In this document: positions 37,274 through 45,379 of the stretch, in pieces
Layout of the letters: the number at the start of each line of letters is the position of its first letter
Position numbering within the stretch: position 1 is the stretch's first letter
The notes under the pieces: model-generated
The model's input: only the letters and a program-made list of their open reading frames with translations
The model's database searches: none
Told to the model about the DNA's origin: nothing
Assembly (NCBI GenBank): GCA_028293325.1
Contig: JAQGPA010000138.1
Span: 1-45,379, forward strand
Source of the DNA: Pedosphaera sp.
GTDB taxonomy: Bacteria; Verrucomicrobiota; Verrucomicrobiia; Limisphaerales; Pedosphaeraceae
DNA length: 45,379 nt
Direction of reading: 5' to 3'
Position numbers and translations under genes: made by a program

Positions 37274-38997
37274 TTTGCGAACGTGTCCAGATCATTTAGA
37301 TTCATCCGTTTCAACGCGCCGTGCGGACACGCCCGCTCGCACGATGGCCCGCCAATTTGCTCCACGCACAAATCGCACTTCGTGGCCTTGATGATCGGTT
37401 TCATTTCCTTGTCCACCATCAACTCCCCTTCGCCATCACGAATTTCCACCATGCGAATCGCATCGTAAGGACAATTGTTGAAACACGCCTTGCAGCCAAT
37501 GCACGTGGTCGGATTAATGACCACCTCGCCGCCAAACGCATCGCGGTGAATTGCCCCGGTCGGGCAGCCAATCATGCAAACCGGATCCACGCAATGCATG
37601 CACGCGTTGGCCACCATGATCTTGCCGTTGGTCAAACCGTGGCGCAAAAAGCGCGGGTTGTTATCATGTGACGCCGCGCAGGCCCGCACGCAATCATCGC
37701 ACCGCGTGCAGCGATCCAAATCAATCAACATCGACGCCGTGCCGTTAAAGAAACGGTTCTCCGTCAAAAACTCCAGCGTGTCCGCCCCGATCTTGGCGGC
37801 GGCATCCGTTTGGTTTTCGATTTCGTTCAGGACAAAGGCGTCATCCTCCACCTGCACCGGCGGTGGCAGTTTGGCCTTCGGCACCGTGGGCAGCACGATG
37901 GTTTCCATGATCGCCGTCGGAATCACCAGCACATGCGTGTAGCCGATGGACCGCAGGGTGTGTTGCAGCGGGACGGGGTTGCCGGGATTGCGCCAGTTGT
38001 GCACGATTTCCGCCAGCCCGTAATCGCGCCCCGCGCCGAGATAATTCAACGTCCGGTGTCCATGCCCAAACTTCTGGCTCAACCGCGCAAAGCCCGCGCG
38101 AATCAGCACCACCCCGTTGGGATAATCCCCTTCCTGGGCCACGACCGGTTCCTTTTCCGCCTGGCCCGCGTGCCCCGCCTGCGCGAGCCGTTTGTAATCA
38201 CCCGACCAATCATAGTCGCCGTACGTGCCGAATTCCGTGCGCGCCATCACCTTCTGCAAATCGGCGTCGGACAGATGCTGAAAGATCGGGATTTCGCGCA
38301 AGTGCGCCGCCAAAGCCCGCTCACGATAAATCTTATCAATGTGCGCCCGCAATTTGTCGTCGTAACGCATCAGGTCGCGCAGCCCCTGCCAGCGAATCTC
38401 CAACAGTTCGGTGTTGTCATCCTGGGCAAACACCGTGGCCGTGCGCGGCATGCGGCTCAACGCGGCAATCTCGCCAAAGAAATCACCCGGGTTGAGCACC
38501 GCCGTGCGATGCGCATCCAGGATGCGCGGCACATCCTGCAAAAAGATTTTGACCTGGTCGCCTTCATCCTTGCGCGCGCCAACGCGGGCATCCTGTTTCA
38601 ATTGGGAAGGCTTGAATCTTTCCGGTTCACGCGAATTGGACCAGAGCTGCGCCAGCACGCGCAGCAATCCTTTCCGCACCGGTTCGCGCCGGCCCAGGAC
38701 GGATGCGGGCAATTCGGGATTGAGCACCACACGCACACCGCCGGACACGACCATGAATGCGGAAGTGCCGTGATCGCCCGCGCGCACCACGATTTCACCC
38801 TGGCGATAACGCCGCAGGCGGGTGTCGTGTTGCAGAATGTCGCGCAGAGCCAGTCGCTTTGGAAAACCCTCGGGGTTCATCTCGTTGAACGGCGCGAGTC
38901 CCTGGATAAGCTCTGCCAACGCCGCCGGCATGTCGGGATCAAACGATGCGTCCCAGCGTTGCGGTCGTTCCAAAATAAGTGGTAAGGCGGCAGGCAT
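37258..38997 (-). CDS. cyclic-nucleotide-binding domain protein fused to a poly-4Fe-4S ferredoxin domain
   Basis: cNMP-binding motif GDFFGEIAALSRMPRTATVFA plus a second degenerate cNMP-like domain. C-terminal CTRCDDCVRAC, CMHCVDPVCMIGCP, CIGCKACFNNCP, CDLCVEQIGGPSCERACP (four 4Fe-4S cluster motifs). 579 aa. Confidence 0.8.
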   Translation of the reverse strand: MPAALPLILERPQRWDASFDPDMPAALAELIQGLAPFNEMNPEGFPKRLALRDILQHDTRLRRYRQGEIVVRAGDHGTSAFMVVSGGVRVVLNPELPASVLGRREPVRKGLLRVLAQLWSNSREPERFKPSQLKQDARVGARKDEGDQVKIFLQDVPRILDAHRTAVLNPGDFFGEIAALSRMPRTATVFAQDDNTELLEIRWQGLRDLMRYDDKLRAHIDKIYRERALAAHLREIPIFQHLSDADLQKVMARTEFGTYGDYDWSGDYKRLAQAGHAGQAEKEPVVAQEGDYPNGVVLIRAGFARLSQKFGHGHRTLNYLGAGRDYGLAEIVHNWRNPGNPVPLQHTLRSIGYTHVLVIPTAIMETIVLPTVPKAKLPPPVQVEDDAFVLNEIENQTDAAAKIGADTLEFLTENRFFNGTASMLIDLDRCTRCDDCVRACAASHDNNPRFLRHGLTNGKIMVANACMHCVDPVCMIGCPTGAIHRDAFGGEVVINPTTCIGCKACFNNCPYDAIRMVEIRDGEGELMVDKEMKPIIKATKCDLCVEQIGGPSCERACPHGALKRMNLNDLDTFAKWLKR

Positions 38998-39004
38998 GCG
39001 GATA

Positions 39005-40309
39005 TCAGGCGTCGAGAACGATACTACCGCGGGGTTTGCAAATGCACGTCAGGCACGAACCGCTTTCCGGCTTCTCGCCCGGTTCGCTCACATAGTCCAC
39101 GTCCCCGGATTTGATGGCGACCAGGCAACTTCCGCAACTCCCCGCCCGGCAGCCGGAATCAATCCGCACTCCGTTTTCCAATGCAAAATCGAGCAGCGAC
39201 CCCGTGCCGGGCTGCCATTGGCATTTCTTGCCCGACCGGCTGAACATGACTTCGATGGCCGCCACGCCCGCCTCGGCGGCTGGCGCCACTGGCGCGGCCT
39301 TCTTCTTCACTGTCGCCGGTCCAAATGCTTCGAAAAAGACACTCTTCTCCGGCACGCCCCATGCCTCGAGGCCGTCCGAAATGCTTTTCATAAACGCGCC
39401 ATTGCCACAGAGAAAATAATCGTAATTGTTGGACGGCAGCAGTTCCTTGAACAATTCCACGCACACCCGCCCTTCATGATGGTAATCAGTCCCTTTGCAG
39501 TCCTCCGCGTCCGGCCGGCTGTAACAGACATGCAAATGAATATTCTCATTTGCCGCCGCCAACCGTGCCATTTCCTCCTTGTGAATATGCTCCTTACGAT
39601 TCCGCGCGCCGAAGAAAAACCAGACCTCCCGCTTCGACCCGATCGCCGCAATCGCGTTGGCCATGCTCAACATCGGCGTCACTCCCACGCCGCCGGACAC
39701 CAGCACCACCGGCGCTTCCTTGGCCATATCCAGGAAGAAGTTCCCGCCCGGCGCTTTCACATCCAGTATGTCGCCTTCCTTCACGCGATCGTAGAAATAA
39801 CTCGAAGCCACGCCGGACGGCAGTTCGGGACGATTCGGCGGCGGCGGCTCTTTCTTGATCGTCACGCGATAATAATCGGTGCGATGCGGACTGTCCGAAA
39901 GCGAGTAACAACGCACCACCGGCTTGCCAATGCCCGGAATATTCAATTGAAATGTGATGTATTGCCCCGGTTTGTAAGGCGGCAGCGGCTTGCCATCGTG
40001 CGGCGCCAGATAAAAAGCGCAGACGCCATCGCATTCCTTGACCTTTTTGGCGACCTGAAATTTCCGATACCCATTCCACACCAACCGGGCCTGCTCGACC
40101 TCGCGACACTGCATTGCCGCGGCCTTGACGAGCAATTGCAGCCGTTCCCGGCTGTGTTTCTGATGCTCGCGCTCGAAATAAACCCGCCGGATGGTGATGT
40201 AGAGCAGCAGCAATCCTTGCAGCAAAAGAATTCCCAGCAGCGCGTAACCGAACGCCAGCCCAACACTCCCGCCCAGCGCCCGATGCAAGCTGTCGATAAT
40301 TGATTGCAT
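39005..40309 (-). CDS. membrane-anchored FAD/NAD(P)H oxidoreductase (ferredoxin-NADP-reductase-like) with C-terminal 2Fe-2S ferredoxin domain
   Basis: N-terminal TM (LAFGYALLGILLLQGLLLLYI). FAD-binding R-x-Y-S (VRCYSLS). NAD-binding GGVGVTPMLSM. C-terminal plant-type ferredoxin Cys cluster CRAGSCGSC...C. 434 aa. Confidence 0.8.
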   Translation of the reverse strand: MQSIIDSLHRALGGSVGLAFGYALLGILLLQGLLLLYITIRRVYFEREHQKHSRERLQLLVKAAAMQCREVEQARLVWNGYRKFQVAKKVKECDGVCAFYLAPHDGKPLPPYKPGQYITFQLNIPGIGKPVVRCYSLSDSPHRTDYYRVTIKKEPPPPNRPELPSGVASSYFYDRVKEGDILDVKAPGGNFFLDMAKEAPVVLVSGGVGVTPMLSMANAIAAIGSKREVWFFFGARNRKEHIHKEEMARLAAANENIHLHVCYSRPDAEDCKGTDYHHEGRVCVELFKELLPSNNYDYFLCGNGAFMKSISDGLEAWGVPEKSVFFEAFGPATVKKKAAPVAPAAEAGVAAIEVMFSRSGKKCQWQPGTGSLLDFALENGVRIDSGCRAGSCGSCLVAIKSGDVDYVSEPGEKPESGSCLTCICKPRGSIVLDA

Positions 40310-41557
40310 TGTCTCACTGATTTGTCTAACAAATCGATTGTGCTGAGTAAACTTCTAAGTGACCCCCGTCCGCGGCACGCTGCTTTTTTTTCGCAACCAC
40401 TCAAATCGCTTCCCGAATTCCGGCCTCCGTTTGGGGCGACACTGCTCCTGGGCGCGGCTCTTTTTGTCCTCGCCAGCCCGGTCAAAGCGGAGGGACCCGC
40501 CCTCACGCCGCCTAAGTTTCTTGGCGAGCTCAGTTGCAGTTCCTCCAGTTGCCACGGCGGGGCAGGTGAGAAGCGAAGCCAGTTTATCACCTGGTCCCGG
40601 CGCGATTTCCATACCCGCTCCTACGCCACGCTGACCACCGCCCGTTCTGCCCGCATCGCGGAATCACTTAAAATCAGCGCCCCCACGCAAAGCGCCCGTT
40701 GCACGGTCTGCCACGCTCCCTTTCAAACCGCCCTTCCCGCGCAATTGGCTGCAGACGTCGATTTCACCAAAGGCGTCTCATGCGAAACCTGCCATGGCCC
40801 GGCCGAAAACTGGTTGCGTTCGCATACCCGCCCCGATTGGACCCATCAGGATCGCGTCCACGCCGGCATGCGTGACTTGCAGGACTTGTATGTGCGCGCC
40901 AACAATTGTGTCGCCTGCCACCAAAACGTCGAGGCCGACCTCCTGCGCGCGGGCCATCCCGAACTCATCTTTGAACTCGACGGCCAATCAGTGACCGAAC
41001 CAAAACATTGGCACGAACTGGCTGGCTGGTCGGGCGCGCAAACCTGGCTCGTCGGCCAGGCCGCCGCCTTGCGCGAAATGAGCTGGCAGTTAACCCGCGA
41101 AAAATCCCCCACCGAAAGCATGACCCAACGCTGGGCCGCGTTGCTTTGGCTGCTCCAACAAACAGCATCATCCCCCGCCGCTCCCATTGATCCAACTCCC
41201 GATAACTTGTCGTTCACCCAAAAATGGGCCGACCAACTCGCGCGCGAAACCGCCGCAACCCCGTGGACGCCCGAATCCACCCGCAAATATCTGACCACCC
41301 TCGCCGGCACCGCCGAATCCTTCCGCGCAAAATCTTCCTCGCAACCCATTCAAGCCCGCCGCGCCGAAAGATTAGCCCTCGCGCTGGACCGCTTGGTCAC
41401 AAGTTTGAACGACAAGCAAACTGCCAATCGCCTCGACCCATTCTTGAACAAGTTATTCAAAGACGCCCAATCCCTGCCCGACTTCAACCCCAACCAATTT
41501 GCCGCCCATTTGGAAGAGTTCGCGAAATGCCTTCCCGTCTCCCTTGCTGTTAAATAG
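40304..41557 (+). CDS. tetraheme c-type cytochrome (exported)
   Basis: CSSSSCHG (CxxxxCH), CTVCHA, CETCHG, CVACHQ, and a signal-peptide-like LLLGAALFVLASPVKA. The ORF-track ATG at 40304 overlaps the divergent gene's start, so the true start is probably a downstream non-ATG codon before the signal peptide. Confidence 0.65.
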   Translation: MHCLTDLSNKSIVLSKLLSDPRPRHAAFFSQPLKSLPEFRPPFGATLLLGAALFVLASPVKAEGPALTPPKFLGELSCSSSSCHGGAGEKRSQFITWSRRDFHTRSYATLTTARSARIAESLKISAPTQSARCTVCHAPFQTALPAQLAADVDFTKGVSCETCHGPAENWLRSHTRPDWTHQDRVHAGMRDLQDLYVRANNCVACHQNVEADLLRAGHPELIFELDGQSVTEPKHWHELAGWSGAQTWLVGQAAALREMSWQLTREKSPTESMTQRWAALLWLLQQTASSPAAPIDPTPDNLSFTQKWADQLARETAATPWTPESTRKYLTTLAGTAESFRAKSSSQPIQARRAERLALALDRLVTSLNDKQTANRLDPFLNKLFKDAQSLPDFNPNQFAAHLEEFAKCLPVSLAVK

Positions 41558-41813
41558 GCCCACCGCTTCCGCCATCCGTAAGTTCCAAACCTGGCTGGGC
41601 AGCTAAACCTGCAAGGAAGAAGAAGCTTGCTTCTTTAATGCAGTAAGGAAAATTACAGCAGCAATTGGGCAGGCTCTACCAATGGAACGTGCCCAAGCGA
41701 CCCATGGCCGCCTTGAACTTCCTGCGCCGGACTGCATTATATGTTATATGGCTAAGGCCGACCTGCGCAGAGTTGTGACGAGACAGCCCTTTTAAGGTCG
41801 GGAATGCTGCTGA

Positions 41814-44714
41814 ATGAAGCGCCATTTTCATTTTATAACCATCCTGGCTGTCCTTGCCGCCGTTTATTTTCTGGCCGGCAAATTTGGACTATCACTTGCT
41901 TTCATCAATGCCAGCGCCACTGCGGTGTGGCCGCCCACCGGCATCGCCCTCGTCGCCGTGCTGTTTTGGGGATACCGGGTATGGCCTGCCATATTTTTAG
42001 CCGCTTTCCTGGTGAACTTTACCACCGCCGGTTCTTTTGCGACTTCGCTGGGCATCGCCGCCGGCAACACGCTCGAAGCCCTGCTCGGCGGATGGTTGGT
42101 CAACCGCTATGCCCAGGGCACGGACGCACTCAATCAGCCCAAAACCGTTTTTAAGTTCGTCCTTCTGGCCGGCATGCTCAGCACCATGGTGAGCGCCACC
42201 TTGGGACTCGCCTCCCTTTCGCTGGGCGGATTCAGTCCTTGGGCAAACTTCGGCTCAATTTGGTTGACCTGGTGGATTGGAAATCTGGTCAGCAATATTG
42301 TGGTGGCGCCGCTGTTGTTGGTTTGGAGGGTCAGACCCTATCCGCGTTTGAAACCGTCGCAGGCTTTCGAAGCCGTACTGCTGTTCGCAAGCGTCATATT
42401 GTTTGGTCAAACCGTTTTTGGTGGCTGGCTTATTCCCAGGGGCAGCGGTTACACTCTTGAATACCTCGTGATTCCGCCACTTTTGTGGGCGGCTTGGCGC
42501 TTCGGCTTGCGCGGGGCCTCGGTGGTGATCGTCACCCTATCCTTAATCGCCATCGGGGGCACCCTTCGGGGCTCCGGCCCGTTTGCCCGGCAAGACCACA
42601 ATACCGGTCTGCTGCTGTTGCAAATTTTCATGGCGGCCATCGCGCTCACCGCGCTCGTGCTGGCCGCGGTGATTCGGGAGCGAAATCAAAACCTCAGCCG
42701 GCTCACCATGCAGTATGCTGTGGGGCGCGCCCTGGCCGAGTCCGCGACGCCGGCCGAGGCGAGCAGGAGAATCCTGCCGCTGGTCTGCTCCGCGTTGGAA
42801 TGGGAACTGGGCGCGACTTGGATGGTGGACGAGCACGCCCGGGTCTTGCGGCCCGTGGATTTCTGGCATTCGCCTTCGGTAATCGTGGCGGAATTTGAGG
42901 CGCTCACCCGCAGCACCACCTTTCCACCAGGCGTGGGGCTGCCCGGAGAAATCTGGGCCCGGGGCGAGTCTCACTGGATTTCAGATGTAACCCTGAGCAA
43001 TAATTTCCCCCGCATCCCCATGGCCTTGCGCAACGGCCTGCATGCGGGCTTTGGCTTTCCCATCTCGGCCGGCAACAAAATTCTGGGCGTGATGGAATTT
43101 TTCAGCCGCAATGTCCGTCCGCCGGACCAGGATCTGTTGGATACCTACACCGCCATTGGCCGGCAAATCGGCCAGTTCATTGAACGCAAACAGGCGGAAG
43201 TGGCATTGTCGGAAAGCAACGCACTCAAAACCGGAATCCTGCGGTCCGCCTTGGATTGCATCATCACCATGGACCAGGCCGGGAGGATCGTTGAGTTTAA
43301 TCCCGCTGCCGAAATGACTTTTGGCTATCGCCGGGACGAAGTCATCGGTCGTCTCATGGCCGAAGTCATCATTCCGCCCCACTTGCGGGAGGCGCACACC
43401 CGCGGCCTGGCCCGCTACCTAACCACAGGCGAAGGACCGGTCTTGGGCAAACGGATTGAAATGACGGGCATGCGCTCGGATTCCACCCTGTTTGCCCTGG
43501 AATTGACGATCACGCGGATTGAGCTGGAGGGGCCGCCCCTGTTTGCCGGGTTTATGCGGGACATTACCACCGTGAAGCAGGCCGAGGCCGCTCTGCGCCA
43601 ATCGGCAGAGCGGCTCCGGTTTATGGCGGAATCCATGCCGCAAAAAATCTTCACGGCCAAACCGGATGGCACTGTCGATTATTTCAACCAGCAATGGACG
43701 GCGTTCACTGGCCTCCCCTTTGAACAGATTCGCGGCTGGGGTTGGACACAATTTATTCATCCCGATGAGGTGGCGGAAAATGTGCGCCGCTGGCGCCACT
43801 CGCTCGAAACCGGCGATCCTTTTCAAATGGAGCACCGGTTCCGCCGTGCCGATGGCCTCTACCGCTGGCACCTGAGCCGCGCCCACGCGCTGCGCGACGA
43901 CACCGGCCAGGTGCTCATGTGGATTGGCTCGGACACCGACATCGAAGATCAAAAGCGCGCGGAACAGAACCTGGAGCGGGTCGTGGCTGAGCGCACCGCT
44001 AAACTGCAGGAAACGATTGGCGACCTGGAAGCGTTCTCCTATAGCATCTCGCACGACCTGCGCGCCCCCTTGCGGTCCATGACGGGATACATCCGGATCA
44101 TCCAGGAAGATTTTAGCGACAAAGTTGGGCCGACGGTCAATGGCTACCTCACGCGCATCTCCACCGCCGCCGCGCGCATGGACAAACTCATTCAGGACGT
44201 GCTCACCTTGAGCCGCATGGCTCGCATTAATTTGCAACTGCAACCGGTGGACATGGAGAAACTTTTCCGCGGTGTGTTGGATGTGTACCCCAATCTGCAA
44301 CCCCCGCACGCCGAGATTCGAATTGAAAGCCCGCTGCCACCAGTCCTGGGCAACGAGGCGGCCTTGACCCAATCCATTTCCAATCTTCTGGGTAACGCGG
44401 TCAAGTTTGTCGCGCCGGGCGTGCTCCCCCAAGTGCGGGTTTGGGCGCAGGAAAAAGGCGACTGCATCCGCTTTTATTTCCAGGACAACGGCATTGGCAT
44501 CGCCCCCGATCATCAAGAGCGCATTTTCAACATGTTTGAGCGACTCCATTCCACCACCGACTATCCGGGCACCGGCATTGGCCTGGCCATCGTCCGCAAG
44601 TCAGTCGAACTCATGGGCGGCAAAGCCGGCGTCGAATCAGAGCCGGGCAAAGGCAGCACATTCTGGTTGGAATTAAATCGCGCAACACCGCTGGAAACAC
44701 CCGGGTCCGGTTAG
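41814..44714 (+). CDS. multi-domain sensor histidine kinase (MASE1-like membrane domain, GAF, two or three PAS, HisKA, HATPase_c)
   Basis: N-terminal polytopic membrane region; GAF-like (LGATWMVDEHARVLRPVDFW); PAS (ILRSALDCIITMDQAGRIVEFNPAAE..., PQKIFTAKPDGTVDYFNQQW); H-box SHDLRAPL; G-boxes GTGIGLAIV. 966 aa, TAG stop. No response regulator gene is adjacent. Confidence 0.9.
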   Translation: MKRHFHFITILAVLAAVYFLAGKFGLSLAFINASATAVWPPTGIALVAVLFWGYRVWPAIFLAAFLVNFTTAGSFATSLGIAAGNTLEALLGGWLVNRYAQGTDALNQPKTVFKFVLLAGMLSTMVSATLGLASLSLGGFSPWANFGSIWLTWWIGNLVSNIVVAPLLLVWRVRPYPRLKPSQAFEAVLLFASVILFGQTVFGGWLIPRGSGYTLEYLVIPPLLWAAWRFGLRGASVVIVTLSLIAIGGTLRGSGPFARQDHNTGLLLLQIFMAAIALTALVLAAVIRERNQNLSRLTMQYAVGRALAESATPAEASRRILPLVCSALEWELGATWMVDEHARVLRPVDFWHSPSVIVAEFEALTRSTTFPPGVGLPGEIWARGESHWISDVTLSNNFPRIPMALRNGLHAGFGFPISAGNKILGVMEFFSRNVRPPDQDLLDTYTAIGRQIGQFIERKQAEVALSESNALKTGILRSALDCIITMDQAGRIVEFNPAAEMTFGYRRDEVIGRLMAEVIIPPHLREAHTRGLARYLTTGEGPVLGKRIEMTGMRSDSTLFALELTITRIELEGPPLFAGFMRDITTVKQAEAALRQSAERLRFMAESMPQKIFTAKPDGTVDYFNQQWTAFTGLPFEQIRGWGWTQFIHPDEVAENVRRWRHSLETGDPFQMEHRFRRADGLYRWHLSRAHALRDDTGQVLMWIGSDTDIEDQKRAEQNLERVVAERTAKLQETIGDLEAFSYSISHDLRAPLRSMTGYIRIIQEDFSDKVGPTVNGYLTRISTAAARMDKLIQDVLTLSRMARINLQLQPVDMEKLFRGVLDVYPNLQPPHAEIRIESPLPPVLGNEAALTQSISNLLGNAVKFVAPGVLPQVRVWAQEKGDCIRFYFQDNGIGIAPDHQERIFNMFERLHSTTDYPGTGIGLAIVRKSVELMGGKAGVESEPGKGSTFWLELNRATPLETPGSG

Positions 44715-44877
44715 ACACTAAAAACTTGCGGCGGGAAGAAACGGGTCACGTGGTTGTTTCGGAGCGATAGAAGGGGCGAATGAGGCATTGATTGGCAGAA
44801 ATGACCGGATCAGCCGATGAGTCCGGGATGCGCTTGATGCATACAGGCGAGCAAACTGAGGCCAATGAATCCCTGCG

Positions 44878-45300
44878 TTGCCGAGCCAGCGCTACCAGAG
44901 AAACGCGTTGGAGCCGCCCTGGCTTGCATCCCCTGCCGGAATAAATTTGTGCCGTATGCATCGCGATCACACCAGCGCCGAATCAGGGACCCTCCAGCTT
45001 TTGACTCAATATTCCCCGGCCTTTGCGTGGAGCGGCGTCGGTCACATGGTAATTGCCGCTGAGACGTACCGGCAGCTATCTCCAGAGTTGCAAACGCGAG
45101 TGGCAAAGATTTTGAAGGCGCATCCCGATTATGAGAAGTGGCAGCAGTCTCACGCCAAGGCAGGATCGGAAGAGGTGGATCTGGCCACGTTCATTTTCAT
45201 GCGGGCATCCACCTGGCCGGATGAAATTCGACGCGGGGCCGGGAGCGATAAGCAGTATGATCACTCACACTGGCATTATGTGGATTATGGCAGGAGGTGA
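44878..45300 (+). CDS. S1/P1-nuclease-family protein, N-terminal ~140-aa portion only (truncated or frameshifted)
   Basis: WSGVGHMVIAAETY (N-terminal Trp/His zinc ligands of S1/P1 nucleases after a signal-like segment), ...RASTWPDEIRR...HSHWHYVDY (conserved WaDeiR and WHYvD motifs). The ORF stops at TGA (45298-45300) where homologs continue for ~130 aa more. No alternative frame continues the homology. Confidence 0.45.
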   Translation: MPSQRYQRNALEPPWLASPAGINLCRMHRDHTSAESGTLQLLTQYSPAFAWSGVGHMVIAAETYRQLSPELQTRVAKILKAHPDYEKWQQSHAKAGSEEVDLATFIFMRASTWPDEIRRGAGSDKQYDHSHWHYVDYGRR

Positions 45301-45379
45301 GCGCCAAGGAAAGGACCGCCGGGGGACGGTTGTTGTAGGACTTTTGGAGGTTACGCGTAGGTCTAATGCACGTTGATCC

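Overview
High-GC (roughly 60%) bacterial chromosomal window, tightly gene-packed on both strands. The gene content (many ECF sigma factors, multiheme cytochromes, FmdB zinc-ribbon) is compatible with a PVC-superphylum (Verrucomicrobia/Planctomycetes-like) genome, but the phylum call is only a guess. Housekeeping genes are clearly recognisable: surA-like PPIase, class Ibeta DAHP synthase, dnaE (Pol III alpha), glnB, glnA, dnaA preceded by an AT-rich DnaA-box-bearing region (candidate oriC), alr, pyrR-pyrB with a PyrR-binding attenuator leader, mrp/apbC plus an IscS/NifS-type cysteine desulfurase, a TPP-dependent keto-acid decarboxylase, and an ECF sigma/anti-sigma pair. Seven observations deserve a second look: (1) glnA is otherwise perfectly conserved but interrupted by two in-frame TAG codons 27 nt apart, although TAG is used as a real stop elsewhere, including at the glnA C-terminus. 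(2) A four-gene minus-strand operon (39005-40309, 37258-38997, 36437-37273, 34743-36440) has the domain logic of a split NOX/ferric-reductase-like transmembrane electron conduit: membrane-anchored FAD/NAD(P)H reductase with a 2Fe-2S domain, a cNMP-binding domain fused to four 4Fe-4S motifs, a membrane protein with two H-x13-H di-heme-b motifs, and a decaheme c-cytochrome with an N-terminal cytoplasmic Cys-rich tandem motif. It is flanked by a divergent tetraheme cytochrome and a large GAF/PAS sensor kinase. (3) A 28-aa leader peptide with 8 aromatic residues sits upstream of the DAHP synthase gene, overlapping a hairpin / antiterminator / intrinsic-terminator arrangement. (4) A tightly coupled PurD-like ATP-grasp + alanine racemase + ATE/Bpt-family aminoacyl-tRNA transferase cluster. 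(5) A family of modular intergenic repeats occurs at least five times in the first 9 kb. (6) dnaA is followed by an ABC ATPase rather than dnaN, and glnBA lies immediately upstream of the candidate oriC. (7) An S1/P1 nuclease homolog is truncated at the window's right edge. No tRNA, rRNA, CRISPR array or obvious transposase was detected. Many long antisense ORFs in the track are high-GC artefacts.
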